Positions 50,955 through 63,205 of a stretch of DNA of 64,000 bases are shown piece by piece; within the stretch, counting starts at the first letter, position 1, and each line of letters opens with the position of its first letter. The translations under genes and the position numbers were made by a program. The DNA is from Babesia bigemina (lineage: Eukaryota), in assembly GCF_000981445.1 (NCBI RefSeq), contig NC_027217.1, positions 2,666,001 to 2,730,000 of the forward strand, in the 5' to 3' direction. The notes beneath the pieces are model-generated. The model saw nothing but the letters and a program-made list of their open reading frames with translations. It made no database searches and was not told the DNA's origin.

Positions 50955-51292
50955 ATGCCGCTTGACCAGAATGAGGATGCCCCTGCGGCCAATGTGCCGC
51001 AAAACGACGCCGACAGCGCCGAACAGACCATAGGCGAGATGTTCATGGAAGCCGTGACGGTATGTGGATGTGGCAACTAACTGTGCAAATTCCGCAGGCC
51101 GTCGGGTCTACCATGCGCACGATGTTTGTGGAGGCCAATCGCTACATGAGAAACTGCGTGTACCCGGTCAAACAGCGATGCGTACAGCTGTACGACGACA
51201 TGACGAACAATTTCTCAGCGAAGGGAACTCGCAACTCCACCAGCGTGCCACGTGTATCGCGGTTCGGTAACGACTGCGGCGCATCCGACTGA
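50955..51292 (+). CDS. Small hypothetical protein, 1 intron
   Basis: MPLDQNEDAP...MEAVT|AVGSTMRTMFVEANRYMRNCVYPVKQRC joined by a short GTATGT...CAG intron. Confidence 0.5.
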
Positions 51293-52277
51293 TCACCCAT
51301 GGCGATGGTCACTGTTGCGTATTCCACGAAACGCATTTCGTAATATATATCGGTTTGTATCACATAGAGTCGTACAAGGCGGTCGAACCAGCCAATTAGT
51401 GCTTCTGCCTAGCTTATATCGCAAACCCACTGAACTGCGATGTGATAAGTTGCATGTTCGGGCTTCGACGTATTAAGAATAGTAACCCGTGACGTCTTTC
51501 GCCGATGGTCGTATGAACACGGTTGATGGATTCAGAATGCTCGTCAATCGATTGAATTGATTGATGGAGGGAATGTCAAAGAAGTTTAGACATAATTCAC
51601 TATATATGGTCGTGGCGTACGTTCACTTCTTAAGTGGGAATCTAACGACAACAGAAGGAGGTTTCAGCACGTCTATACGTTAGCTATGCCTTTGACTGCA
51701 TTACACGGTGCACCTGTAGACTTTACGGTGGTGTACCGAGAGTCACAAGAGCAGATTCTACCAATGTCATAAAACTTCATTTTTTCGCCGCAAACCGAAC
51801 GCGTAACGCATATATAACTTGTTACGAACATCGTAAGGCAACAACAATCTGCCTTTGTCTAGTGAACTAAATGGTGGTTGAGCATGCAAAACGCATCAGA
51901 TCGGACAGGTTAATGATTCGGTGCGCCACTCTGCGCGAAATGAAAAAACATACAAACGGCCAGCTTACGATGCGAAGTATACAGTTCAGGCGGTATATCA
52001 CATAAGACTGATGATATTTGATAGGAATTTCGATGCACAGGTGGGGTATATCATGATGGCAATACAAAAACATGCCGCACATCAGGACGACGAAAACAAT
52101 TATTTATCAGATGCATAATAATCCCTCGACAGTTGGATAACGTACAAATCGTATGAGACGCACCAGTGTCGAAATGCAAGCAACATCGTTGACTCGACAC
52201 CCCGCAACGCAATGTGCACTGAGTGACTCTGCGTCCAACATACGACACGTGCAACACAGTCAACAAACTTCAAAACC

Positions 52278-53009
52278 ATGGTTAACAGCTACGGAGGCAG
52301 TTTCATAGGCTTTCAAGCCATACGCGAGGGGGCAAGCGGGGGCAACGACAAACTTAAGAAGGTACTCGTTGCCCCTAAGGTTCCGGAGGGCCCTCCTGAG
52401 GTGTTGGTCATCGATCTTCGAAGCGCTACGTTGGTGGCAATAAATAAAATTTTACGTTGGACAGAAACATCAACCTGCCGGAAACCAAACCGCCCGTTAG
52501 TACCGACTTCGTGATAACGGCGTTTTTCGACGACGAAACCGTAGAAGAAGTGAGCTACCAAGTGATGTGACTAAGCGAGTTGCAGGCGTTCAAACACATG
52601 AGGCAGTCCTGTAAGCCGACCAAGGGTGTGTATTGCTACGACTCCTACACATGCCAATTCGATCAGCAGGTAGGACGCCTACACATCGGCTTACAACGTG
52701 CAGATTGTGTTGCCTTGCGCCGGAAAGAAGCACGTTGTGCTATATGTATCGTATGTCACCATAATAACGGCGCCGGATGGATCACGTGACTTGGACTTAA
52801 AAGGGTACGGGTTAACCAAACCGATCCCTCTCGACTCGTGCGGCACCGTGCCGATTCACAAGGAGCAGTTGTTGGCGTCAAACGGCACTGACACAGTGAG
52901 CATGGCGCTGACCTACTCCGTGAAAATGGCGAAATCGAGTGACAGCGACCAAATTCCTCCAGACACTCTAGGCGGGTTAGTTTTAAGGCCCAAAATAAAA
53001 TTTTTATAG
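52278..53009 (+). CDS. Possible multi-exon hypothetical protein
   Basis: Three same-strand ORF pieces (52278, 52580, 52698) with intron-like junctions. No family recognised. Confidence 0.3.
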
Positions 53010-53215
53010 GCTACTTGACCTGTATAAAACAACCTAAATCGTAATTTGTGTCACCGGTCGGGATCTACGCGTTGCCCACACTGCGCATTGCTGTGCAGGA
53101 AAGCGGAAACCACGGCACGGTGCTTCCACCGCGGTATACACACAGATGCGTATAGCGTCCTTCAAGTGGTAGCCTACCCTTGTAGGGCTTGCGGCGTCTA
53201 TATTATGGGTCCACG

Positions 53216-54974
53216 ATGTTGCCGCTTCTGTGCTTGATACACCTGCTCGCCAGCGTCGTGCAAGTACGGGCTGACCTGCCGATTCACGCTTTGGTCACCG
53301 ATATCTCCGGGAAATGGTGCGTTTAAAGTGGCGAGGTGTGCAAAATGTGTAGGCGAATCTTCCAATCGCGGGCTGTCGGCGGGCTGGATGTGGCATGCGG
53401 TTCAGACGTGCCAAATTCTCCGGAAGGCAACCTGCTCCTGGGGAACTATTTGGCATATCTGAAGACCCATTTCTGTGAGTCATCCATCGATAAAGCTAAG
53501 CGTTCTCAGGTCTCGACAGGACTACGGATGTCCACCTCTCCCTGGATGTGACAGCCTACAGCGACAACACCAATGCGCCGAATAGGAGCATGTGGCGAGC
53601 GCTGGCAGTCAAGGACAAACGTGGAAACGTAGTGGGTAGATGGACTGCAGTCAGCGATCAAGGTACGTGGTTTCTTCACCTAATACCGCCCATCATTATG
53701 GTGGCGTGACCGCATCCGGCCACTGAGCGCATGCTCTTTCCGCCGCAATCAAACCACGTTTGGCACGTAAACTCATATGCAATACAGGCTTCGAAATCAT
53801 ATTCCACAACAACGCGCGTTACTTTTTCTACCTGCATTACACGAAGAGGGACGGAGATCAGTACGAGACGGATGTGACGAAGACGCAGATCGGATGGGTG
53901 TACGAACCCCAGGGATCGTCCGACGCGCACGCGACACGCAGATGCGCTTACGCTGCCAGGGTTGACGGGACCAAGCCGCGGGTGTCCACCATCGTCCAGC
54001 TAAAAAGCAACGATGTGAAGAACAAGTATAGGCAGATCAGCCGATTTATCAGCCACGACACGGGTGGTGTTTTGAGTGCCGCGTCGAACAAAATTTCTCC
54101 CAAGAAGGGGCCTTATCCGTGCGACTGCTCTAGCCGAAACCAGCTGGATTTCGACGATGACGTCCCCGAATCCTTCGTGTGGCACACCCAGGCGACCATC
54201 CCTGTGGTCAACCAGCAACAATGCGGCAGCTGCTACGCCATTGCGACGAAATACGTGCTGCACGCACGGTTCCTCATAGCTCTGGAGAGATGCGGCGAGC
54301 GCACCCCCGAGCAGGAGAAGGCCTTGGAGGAGTTATCTCACAACTACTTCTACCCCGAGGACACTTCGGACTGCAGCATGTTTAACCAGGGATGCAAGGG
54401 CGGGTACCCGTACTTGATGGGCAAGCAGATGCACGAATTAGGAATTTCGGTGGTCAAGGGCAACGCCCAACAGTGCGCCATTCTGAGCGCAGAGCGGCGC
54501 TACTTCGCCAAGGACTACGGATACGTTAGTGGTTGCTCGCAGTGCACCGCTTGCCAAGGCGAAGAACTCATTATGCGAGAAATTTACGCAAATGGGCCCG
54601 TAGTAACCGCCGTGGACGCGGCCATCCTAAACACAGAATACGATGGAAGCGTCATATCCCCCGTTGATTCCGAACACAACTCGGGCGTTTGCGACGTCGA
54701 GCAGCATCCCATACTCACTGGTTGGGAGTACACGTCGCACGCCGTCGCCATTGTCGGCTGGGGTCAGCAGCTTGAGCAGGGAAAGATGGTCAAGTACTGG
54801 CTCTGCCGCAACAGCTGGGGCCCGGAATGGGGAGAGGACGGCTACTTCAAGATCGAGCGCGGAAAGAATGTTTTCGGCGTAGAAAGTGAGGCAGTTTTCG
54901 TCGACCCCGACCTCTCCCGATTCAAGCAGGCTCCTGCAGACGCCCGACTCCACGACATTCACTACCATTACTGA
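53216..54974 (+). CDS. DPAP: Cathepsin C / dipeptidyl aminopeptidase (papain family C1), multi-exon
   Basis: Signal peptide plus ADLPIHAL (DPAP exclusion-domain start). Catalytic NQQQCGSCYAIA, SHAVAIVGWG and RNSWG; GCKGGYPY. Confidence 0.9.
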
Positions 54975-55193
54975 CACCGTAATAATATTCCTGCGATATG
55001 CAATACGAAAAGTTGATCGAGGCCAACTCCGCCTACGCGGATGCCCTGCAGAACCTGTTCGCTTTGGAACACCGGCGGTTGGCGGATAAGAACCAGGGCC
55101 GCGCCGACCGCTTCTCGACGCGGGTGTTGCTGCCCAGCAGCGTGCTCAAGGCTACAGTCCTAAAGGAAAAATGAAGTCCTGCTCAGGTGTGAA

Positions 55194-55946
55194 TCAGTAA
55201 AGCGCGACCCTCACCTTGAGGTGCATCCAGTAGCTGCGCGTTGTCGACGACGGATCGTACAGGTACGGCGGAAGGAAGACCTCGGCGCTCGCCACCAAGC
55301 CGACGATACACACCAACCACTGCATAGGTATCGCGATTGCTGAGCGCCGTGTGTGTAGCGAAGGGGAATCCTTACCGAAGACCACTCGGACGTTGGCGTC
55401 GTTGCATTCGTGCAATAGAAGCAGGTCGAGGCAGATTGTGGACAGTTGGCACAAATTGAAGAGCTGCAGTAGCTTCACTACCAGCGGGCACACCTTGAGG
55501 AACACGCAGACGTAGCTCGATAACGGCGACCTGTCCTGCAGTTGGTGTTCACGCCCGGTGAACGACCACAGCGATGCGAAACACGCCAGCAGTCCAACAC
55601 CCTGGCACAGTTATAGACTGAAACGCTAATCTAACCTCGCAGAGCCATAGCAGACACAGCAGTTGTACGTTGAAGTGCGCCGGGCAGACAATCTGGTCCT
55701 GAATGCGGATCCCGTAGTAGTCCCAGGCGTTGTACACACCCGCTGCCAATATGCAGTACAGAAGTCCGCAAATCGAGTAGTACGACAGGTGGCTGGCGTG
55801 AATGAAGTCGGCGTGGAAGGACACTCACCTTAGTGTCTGCATCGTTGCCAACCGAGCGCTGGCAATGCCTCTACCTCACGATGCCGCCATTAAAAGTGCT
55901 AGTGAGCCGCCAGCTGCGGCACCAAGTAATATGTGTATATTCCATG
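55194..55946 (-). CDS. Possible multi-exon membrane protein of unknown family
   Basis: Hydrophobic minus-strand ORF pieces (55549-55824, 55194-55505) with intron-like gaps. Boundaries uncertain. Confidence 0.3.
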
Positions 55947-56172
55947 TAGCTTATGCATCCCACCAGGGTTGACTAGACGCGCGACACACCGGACAGCCGC
56001 GCCCCGTGACTTGACAAAGTAGCCCGAAGCGACGCCGGCACTCACAATGTGCGAGTAGCGGCGTTTAATGCCACGACTACGTGAAGCAACCGTGGATGCT
56101 CGCTTCCCGTTACGGCTGCCTATTGGCCGATGCTAAGGAACGAGATACGGGCACCGGCGCCTTTCGTACGCC

Positions 56173-59100
56173 ATGCTGCTCAGTGTAGGCGCTCCTGAGG
56201 TGTTCCAGCTCCAGCCGTACCCCCGAGATGCAGCCGTAGACAGAAGCATTTCGCCGTCAGCAGAGCCGGCCGGATTCGTCCGGCAGCTGACGGCACGTTT
56301 CAACGCGCAGGAAGCTTCGTCGGAGGCGGTGGTGGGCGTAAGCGCGAGCAACTGCAACCAGTACCTCTTCGTACTCACTTCCAGGGTGCTCCATGTCTAC
56401 AACAACTTCGAGCCGAACATCCACGTCGGCCACCTGGCGCTCAGCAGAGAATGGTACGCACGATATGGAGCGTTCTGTGGCCTGCACATGGTACCCGGAC
56501 TGCGTACCTTGTGCCTGCTGTTGGAGAGGAGGGACCGCGTGCTCGTATGCACGTACGAAGCCCAGCTCAGCCTGGAGGGGAGCAACGGCTCCGACAATGG
56601 GAGGCACGGCAGTTACTCCAGCCACGGCACGCCGATGAATGGGCGTAGCACGCCCATGAGCGCGCCTTCAATCCAAGGGTCGCCGTTGAAGGCGCCGCCA
56701 AGGGTAGTGGTGGACGCAAGTTTGCGCAGGAAGGGCAGTCTGGAGACGAGCAGCATCAAGCATTTGAGGGCGCATTATGACAAGGCGCTCACACCTATCC
56801 GCCTCAAGCCGCTGCTGGTGCTCACGTTACCGTCTGCGGTATGCGACGTCACCTTCGCCGAGGGGCAGATGTACTTCTGGACGGTGGAGCAGCCGGGGAT
56901 GTACGTCACGCTCAGCCCGGAGGGGTTCGTGAACTACCTCGCGTGCAGGACGGCCGACGATGAGCCGATGGAGGTGAGCCTGGACCTGCATGGCACCAAC
57001 CTCGTGCAAGACATGGCCGTCAACGGCACGGTGTCCCCGTCGCACGGGCTGTGTTACCTCGCATTCGGCGACTCGCTTTACGCCAAGATCAACGACACAA
57101 GCCAGGGTAGGGCGGACCTTGAGGTGCTCTACAACACCACCGGGTCGCCCATAAGCAGCCTGGTGCATTGGGTAACCATGACATGCTTCAGGCAGGGCAC
57201 TGGGGTCTTGCCACCGGAGTTCGCCCTGAACCGGTTTAGCGCCGACTCGTTGCTCAGCGACCTGGAGAACACCGTGTTGCCCGGAAAGTACACCCTGGAT
57301 GAACTCGTTGGCGACGTCAAATTCCGGCAGGTGGTCATGGCGCGCAACGCCAACTGCTGCCTGATAGTCACCGAAAGCGGCGCGCTGATAGGGCTTCACA
57401 TCGCAAGGGTCAAATCCGACCACATCGGGCAGCTGGTATATAGGGAAGGGGTGGAGCGTGTGGCCGCAGTGGGGTCCAACCTGGTCATCCACGTGAACGG
57501 CGAAATAAGGGTTGCGTCCTGGAGCGACGGTGGGATCGAGGAACATTGGTCGTACAGGCTGCAGAACGTCCGTGGTCTTGCGGCGCATAACGACGTCATT
57601 ATAGCTTTGTACAACAATGACGGGTTCATTTGCTTCAACGTGCTGGGTGCCGTCTTGGCACATCGCAGAAGCAGAACCAGGTGTGCCACACCCGTATCGG
57701 CGTGCGTTACCGCGCAGGGGTTGGCGTTGATCGCAACAGAGGAGTTTTCGTTCGTCAAGTACCGTCTGTACAACACGGGGTACAACGAGATGCACTGCTC
57801 GAACCCGAAGAACAATAGCGTGGCCTTCGTGGGGGAGTCAGACATCCTGATCTTCCACACCAGAGCACTGGAAGGCACGTACGGCATCCCTAGCAAGAAG
57901 CTCGCGGAGGATAGAAATAACCACGCGTATGACAACAACGACCTGCTGGGCGATTTGGACTGCACTCTGCACGCAGTGCCACTGACGGCGCTGGACACCG
58001 GTGCTGGGGGGTGGCCGCTCGTGCACGTGGCCCCGAGCCCCAATGGCAGCCAGCTGCTGTGCTCGACGCCGAACGCATCGTTGCTCTACGACGGGGAGTG
58101 GCGGTGGTTTGGTGAGGACCTGGGCCCGACCATAGCCACGGGGTGGATAAACGAGAGCATATGTTTCGTGGTCGTCAAGCTGACCATGCCGTTTGTCATC
58201 GCCAACCGCACCTTCGAAAGCGTTGACAGCAGCGGCGACTACATCGACATCGGCGGTTGGGGGACGTCGTACTGCCACTTCTACCACGTCTACGACCTGA
58301 CGAAGTCCATTGAGGTGTTGCCGATCAGGACCTCGCCGCTGAGCTGCACAGTCCACGGCGAGACTCTGTACGTCGTCGACGATGCCAACATCATCGCTGG
58401 GTACCACCTCAGATGTGAAGAAGGCACCTACAAGTTTGACGAGGTGATAAGGATGAGGATAAAAGGGAAGGTGCAGGGAAACATCAAGGAGGTGCATTGC
58501 CTCGAAGAGAACCACTTCGTGCTGCTGGACGACAGAGGCGGCGTCTACCGGGTGCGGAACGGCGAGCTGACGAAAGTGATCGACGAATGCAGCTGCATTA
58601 CGTCAGCCGTACACGTGTGCGGCGCTGCTGAGAAGGTGGTGCTGCTATGCAGTCTGCGGTTCCGTGAGCAGCTGGTCATGGTGACTGCTGACCGTGTGTC
58701 CGTAATCGAAGCGCAAATCACCCCCGCTGCGCTCGTCAACGAGGGTGTGGTTGCGTACCTCCTGAACGCACTTGACGCTGACGATAGCGTCCAAAAGGTG
58801 CGGATCGCAAAACTGATGCTGCCCATCGACGACGTTGACGACGCGCTCCTAAGCCCGTTCCACGTCGAGCTGCTTGACATGATGTTAACCGTTGCAACTG
58901 CCAAAGGCGCGGTTGTGGAACCCGCATTCCGGGAACGATTCGCCAAGCTGCCCGGCGATCTGCAGCGGCGGCTGCTTGCCAGGCAATCCAGGAAACATTA
59001 CGTCAAGGAGGACATCGAGAGACTGGAGAGTGAATTCGGGTGCTCTATCGCAAGTGTATTTGATTGCATGCTGGGTTCCAAACGTGTGGCTGATGCGAGC

Positions 59101-60237
59101 TTCATGCTGCTGGCCTTGCAGTCCGTCACGGACCCCCTCACGGTGCGCAACACATACAACGTGAAGCTGCTGCAGATGCTGGTCCAGGAGTTTTGCACGC
59201 GGAAGACCAGCGACAACGTGAGCCAGCTGTTCAGCGGCTTGTTGAGTTTCCAAAACCATGTGGACGGCGTGCAGGGTTTGGATGTCAGGGCGCTGGTGAA
59301 GGCCCTGCTCAGTGAGTGCAACTTCATGGCTGTGTACAAGCTGTGCCAGCTGCTCATCGTGGAACCGTCGTCGCTCATCCAGTCGATGAGAGCCGACCTC
59401 GAGGATATGTTTGTTTGGGGCATATGCCGGCCCCAGTGCCGCGATGCGCGCGTGGTAGGCCGGCAACGTCGCCAAACTGAGGACACAGTTCCGCAAACTG
59501 CAGACATGGATCAAGATGCAGCAGAACACGACGATGAGGCAAGATCAGCGTCGGATCCGGCAGATCCGGAACATACAGAAGCAGGACACGCGGATGTGAA
59601 CCACGTTAATGAGGACGTAAACATAGACAGCTCCGAGCTCCATTCAACCGAACATGATTCAGATGACATGCAGCAAGATGATACTCACACAACCGATGCA
59701 ATGCATGATGAAACGGTGTATTGCACAAAAGAGGTGCCGCGGTTTGCAGCATCCACTCAAGAGGCAGATCAGCCCATGGACCAAGATGGACACCAACCAG
59801 GACTCCCCACTGCTGCTGACAGCTGCTGTGGCGCCGTGGTTGATGTCGCCCAGATGGTGGTTGCCTTGCAGACGCAGCTCGGCCTCCTAGGCGAGACTGA
59901 GGAGGCCCGCGTGAGCGACGCCCATATCAAGGCGCGTAACGACGTATTGCGTGAGCAGCGCAAAACGCCGCTTAAGGTGTCACCCTATGCAGGCACCGCA
60001 ATATGCAGCTACTTCTATGACGCATTTATTGCACAAAATCTGTTCGTGCCGGCAGTGGCGATTGCAATCGCCTGCCGCAACTTCGTGGCCGTATCGCAGG
60101 TTATTCTCAAGGACCCGGAGTCGAGCCATGTAGTGCGGCACGTGATCTCCCACCACTGCGGCTGCAGCCTCTGCGAGTCGAAATTCAACCTCATCAAGCA
60201 CTGCCTCCTGGAGGCCAAGCAACGCTTCACGCGATAG
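56173..60237 (+). CDS. RIC1: RIC1-like protein (Rab6 GEF subunit)
   Basis: 1354 aa. Beta-propeller-like N-terminal half with WPLVHVAPSPNG. FHVELLDMML, SRK and ADASFMLLALQ recall the RIC1 domain. Recognised by eye only. Confidence 0.6.
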   Translation: MLLSVGAPEVFQLQPYPRDAAVDRSISPSAEPAGFVRQLTARFNAQEASSEAVVGVSASNCNQYLFVLTSRVLHVYNNFEPNIHVGHLALSREWYARYGAFCGLHMVPGLRTLCLLLERRDRVLVCTYEAQLSLEGSNGSDNGRHGSYSSHGTPMNGRSTPMSAPSIQGSPLKAPPRVVVDASLRRKGSLETSSIKHLRAHYDKALTPIRLKPLLVLTLPSAVCDVTFAEGQMYFWTVEQPGMYVTLSPEGFVNYLACRTADDEPMEVSLDLHGTNLVQDMAVNGTVSPSHGLCYLAFGDSLYAKINDTSQGRADLEVLYNTTGSPISSLVHWVTMTCFRQGTGVLPPEFALNRFSADSLLSDLENTVLPGKYTLDELVGDVKFRQVVMARNANCCLIVTESGALIGLHIARVKSDHIGQLVYREGVERVAAVGSNLVIHVNGEIRVASWSDGGIEEHWSYRLQNVRGLAAHNDVIIALYNNDGFICFNVLGAVLAHRRSRTRCATPVSACVTAQGLALIATEEFSFVKYRLYNTGYNEMHCSNPKNNSVAFVGESDILIFHTRALEGTYGIPSKKLAEDRNNHAYDNNDLLGDLDCTLHAVPLTALDTGAGGWPLVHVAPSPNGSQLLCSTPNASLLYDGEWRWFGEDLGPTIATGWINESICFVVVKLTMPFVIANRTFESVDSSGDYIDIGGWGTSYCHFYHVYDLTKSIEVLPIRTSPLSCTVHGETLYVVDDANIIAGYHLRCEEGTYKFDEVIRMRIKGKVQGNIKEVHCLEENHFVLLDDRGGVYRVRNGELTKVIDECSCITSAVHVCGAAEKVVLLCSLRFREQLVMVTADRVSVIEAQITPAALVNEGVVAYLLNALDADDSVQKVRIAKLMLPIDDVDDALLSPFHVELLDMMLTVATAKGAVVEPAFRERFAKLPGDLQRRLLARQSRKHYVKEDIERLESEFGCSIASVFDCMLGSKRVADASFMLLALQSVTDPLTVRNTYNVKLLQMLVQEFCTRKTSDNVSQLFSGLLSFQNHVDGVQGLDVRALVKALLSECNFMAVYKLCQLLIVEPSSLIQSMRADLEDMFVWGICRPQCRDARVVGRQRRQTEDTVPQTADMDQDAAEHDDEARSASDPADPEHTEAGHADVNHVNEDVNIDSSELHSTEHDSDDMQQDDTHTTDAMHDETVYCTKEVPRFAASTQEADQPMDQDGHQPGLPTAADSCCGAVVDVAQMVVALQTQLGLLGETEEARVSDAHIKARNDVLREQRKTPLKVSPYAGTAICSYFYDAFIAQNLFVPAVAIAIACRNFVAVSQVILKDPESSHVVRHVISHHCGCSLCESKFNLIKHCLLEAKQRFTR

Positions 60238-61650
60238 TCAGCCCTGTTGGCCGTACTTGTTGGTCCACTCCACGTACGCCGCTATGTCATTTGCCGCCAG
60301 CGACGGCCTCGAACGTGACAGTATGGCCATGAAGTCCATCTGGTAATTGTGAGTCACACTGTAATGCACCTTACTCGGGTCACGGGCGGCAGCGCTAGCG
60401 TGTTGGGCTCTATGGACATCATGTTGCATTCCCGTTTGCTTTTGTCTGGGTCGCCTGACGCAGTGTTAGCCACTCCACGTAGCAAACCACTCACCTGGTG
60501 AACAGGGTATGTAGAAAGTCTGCGAGTTGCGGACCACCTTCTTGAAATGCGTGGCGTCCTTGCACTTCCGCAGCGGCTGCATGCGGGCGTCGCGCACAAC
60601 CACGTTAAGGTCGGAGCCGCTGAACCTGAACACGAGTGAATGCGCTCAAACTACGCAGCTCACTTACCCTTCTGTTTGCCGAGCGACCTCGTCGAAGTCC
60701 TCACTTCGCAGCTCGTGATCGCAGCCACGCATACCCAGCTCCACGAGCGTACGGCGGGCACGGAAGTCAGGCAGCGGTATGTAAATACGGCGGTCGAAAC
60801 TGCAACGTATAAGCGTCACAGCGGAACACACGTACCGCCGAATGATGGCCGTGTCCAGGCTCCACGGAAGGTTGGTAGCGGCAAGGACCAGGACGCCATT
60901 TCCGCCCTCTGACACGCCCTGCATCTGCACCAGGAACTCCGTCTTCACCCGGCGACCCGACTCATTCTCGCCCTCGCTACGGGTGCTGCACAGGGAGTCG
61001 ATCTCGTCGATGAAAATGACACACGGCGCCCGCTCCCTCGCCGTCTGGAACAGCGACTTCACGAACTTCTCACTCTCACCCTGCCACTTGCTCATGATGT
61101 CGGAAGACGACACCGGCAGAAATGTGGCGGCTATCTCGGTGGCACACGCCTGCGCTAGGTACGTCTTTCCCGTTCCAGGTGGCCCGTATAGCAAAATGCC
61201 GCGCCACGGCTTGAGGGCGCCCGTGAACAGGTTCGGGAACCGCAGCGGCAGCACGACAGCCTCCTGCAGCGATTCCTTGGCTGCTTCGAGGCCTGCAATG
61301 TCGGACCATTTCACGTTGGGTCTTTGAATTTTAGACAGCTGGTCCACCTGCTCGCTGAACGCGGGGCCCCCGGCGCCACCGCCAGCGTCACCTGCCTTCG
61401 AGAACTCATCAACCGGCGCGTTCTCGTTGAGCATGCGCTTCAACGCCTCTGCGCGCTCCAGGTACTCCTTCATCCTGACGCAGAAGCGCTCCTGCAGGAC
61501 AGGGTTCTTCTGGTACTTGCAGACGACCGCCCATTGGTCGAGCGCGCGAAGGTAGCAGTCGAACGCCGCACGGTAGTTGCCCGCATTGTCCAAGTCTATT
61601 GCCTGCTGCGACAGTTCCACTGCGCGCTGCTGGCGCTCCTCGTCGTTCAT
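60238..61650 (-). CDS. VPS4: Vacuolar protein sorting 4 AAA ATPase, multi-exon
   Basis: N-terminal MIT domain, RPNVKWSDIAGLE, GILLYGPPGTGKT, IFIDEIDS, RRVKTEFLVQMQG, FDRRIYIPLP, and C-terminal WTNKYGQQG*. Confidence 0.93.
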
Positions 61651-62101
61651 TGCGCCCGCCCTGCAGAAGCGGCGTCGGCAGGGGCACGTTTTCGTTCCAC
61701 GGTGCGAGCCCGCTTTCTCATGCGCTGGCGGCGAGACTGCTCACTCCATATGAACTTGATCTCAGCCTTGGTGCAGCGGCTCTTCAGGATGTTCAGGAAC
61801 ACGCCGCCAGGCGACCGCCGCTCGCCGTCCGACCTTCTCTGGCCACCGCCTTCCAGGGCCACCTGAAAGCATTGCCCGCAGTACAGCCTACACCTACGAG
61901 CGTGTCGTCCAGCAGCTGCTGGCAGAAGTCCACACCCTTACGATGGACCACGCGCTCGATCAGTTTCACATTCGGCTCGTTCAGGCAGGTGCAGATACGG
62001 CAGATGAGGTCCACTTCGTCGCTCCGCAGCAGCTCAGTCAGCTCCAAGGATTGCAGAGCACGAATCCTGAATTTCTCAACCGCGTCGTCTGTGGAAGACA
62101 T
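61647..62101 (-). CDS. PHAX: PHAX RNA-binding-domain protein; intron 61863-61897
   Basis: LNEPNVKLIERVV...DTL|VALEGGG..RSDGERRSPGGVFLNILK is the PHAX RBD motif. The 35-nt GT-AG intron joins the two ORFs in frame. Confidence 0.8.
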
Positions 62102-62181
62102 ACCGGAAGTGTCGCCAATCGCTCACCACATCAGTACAGCGTGGATCACGCAGCGCGACGACGGCAGTCGAACTCGCCACG

Positions 62182-62875
62182 ATGGCAGTAACGCTGCACA
62201 CATCGCACGGAGACATCAAGCTAGAGCTGCATTGTCGCGAGACACCGAAAACGTGCAAGGTTAGAGCCGGCCGTTTTAAGCCAACAGCCTGCAGAACTTC
62301 CTGGCGCTCTGCGCATCGGATTACTACACAGGGCTAACATTCCACAGGTAGTCCGATTAGACAGCGTATTGGCGTCAATTTGGTGCAGGAATATAAAGGG
62401 ATTCCTCGTCCAGGGCGGAGATCCCACCGGCAAGGGGAAGGGCGGCGAGAGCATCTATGGCGGACTCTTCGAGGACGAGATAGTCGGCCACCTCAAGGTA
62501 CGCAGTAGCAGAGGCCTTTAACGTCGCGCAGCATGACAAGAGGGGCGTTGTGTCCATGGCAAACCTGGGAAAGCCTAATACAAACGGCTCGCAGTTCTTC
62601 ATCACGTATGCCAAGCAGCCCCAGCTCAACGGCGCCTACACCGTCTTCGGAAGGTAGCTGCAAGCTGAATAGAGTGGTAACATGTATGCAGGGTTATAGA
62701 TGGGATGGATGCGCTGGCCAAGATGGAGAGCGGTGAGTTTAGACATCATGCAACCGCAATGCGTGCAGAACCCGTTGGCGAGAAGTATCGGCCGACCAAC
62801 CCTATTACCATACAGAAAGTCACTATCCACGCCAACCCAATCGCAGAGAGTGAAGCTTCGGAGGAGACGAAGTGA
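62182..62875 (+). CDS. PPIL3: Cyclophilin-type PPIase (PPIL3-like), 5 introns
   Basis: Spliced [16 protein letters not shown]...|NFLALCAS...[26 protein letters not shown]...|[24 protein letters not shown]...TIHANPIA. Confidence 0.88.
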
Positions 62876-63205
62876 AACAAGTTGATGCATGCCGGGTCGG
62901 CTGCCAACTACGCTGCTGGCACGTGCCACAGAATCCCCTCTCAACACAAACTTTTCAGCTAATGGTCATCGCACTAATGAGTGAGACGGCGTCCTTCTGC
63001 TAGTCGTGATGTGCGTAGTCCATGGTAACCGTATTGCACGTCTACCTCGTGTTGCACCATCCCACGGATGCATCATGTGAACACGCTAACACACGTTGCT
63101 GATCAATTACGGATCCTGATGCGGAATCACACCATATCCGGGTACACTGCAAACGACACGGGCGTTGGAAAGGTAGCCACGCAGCGCTTTACAAAATATA
63201 TCACA

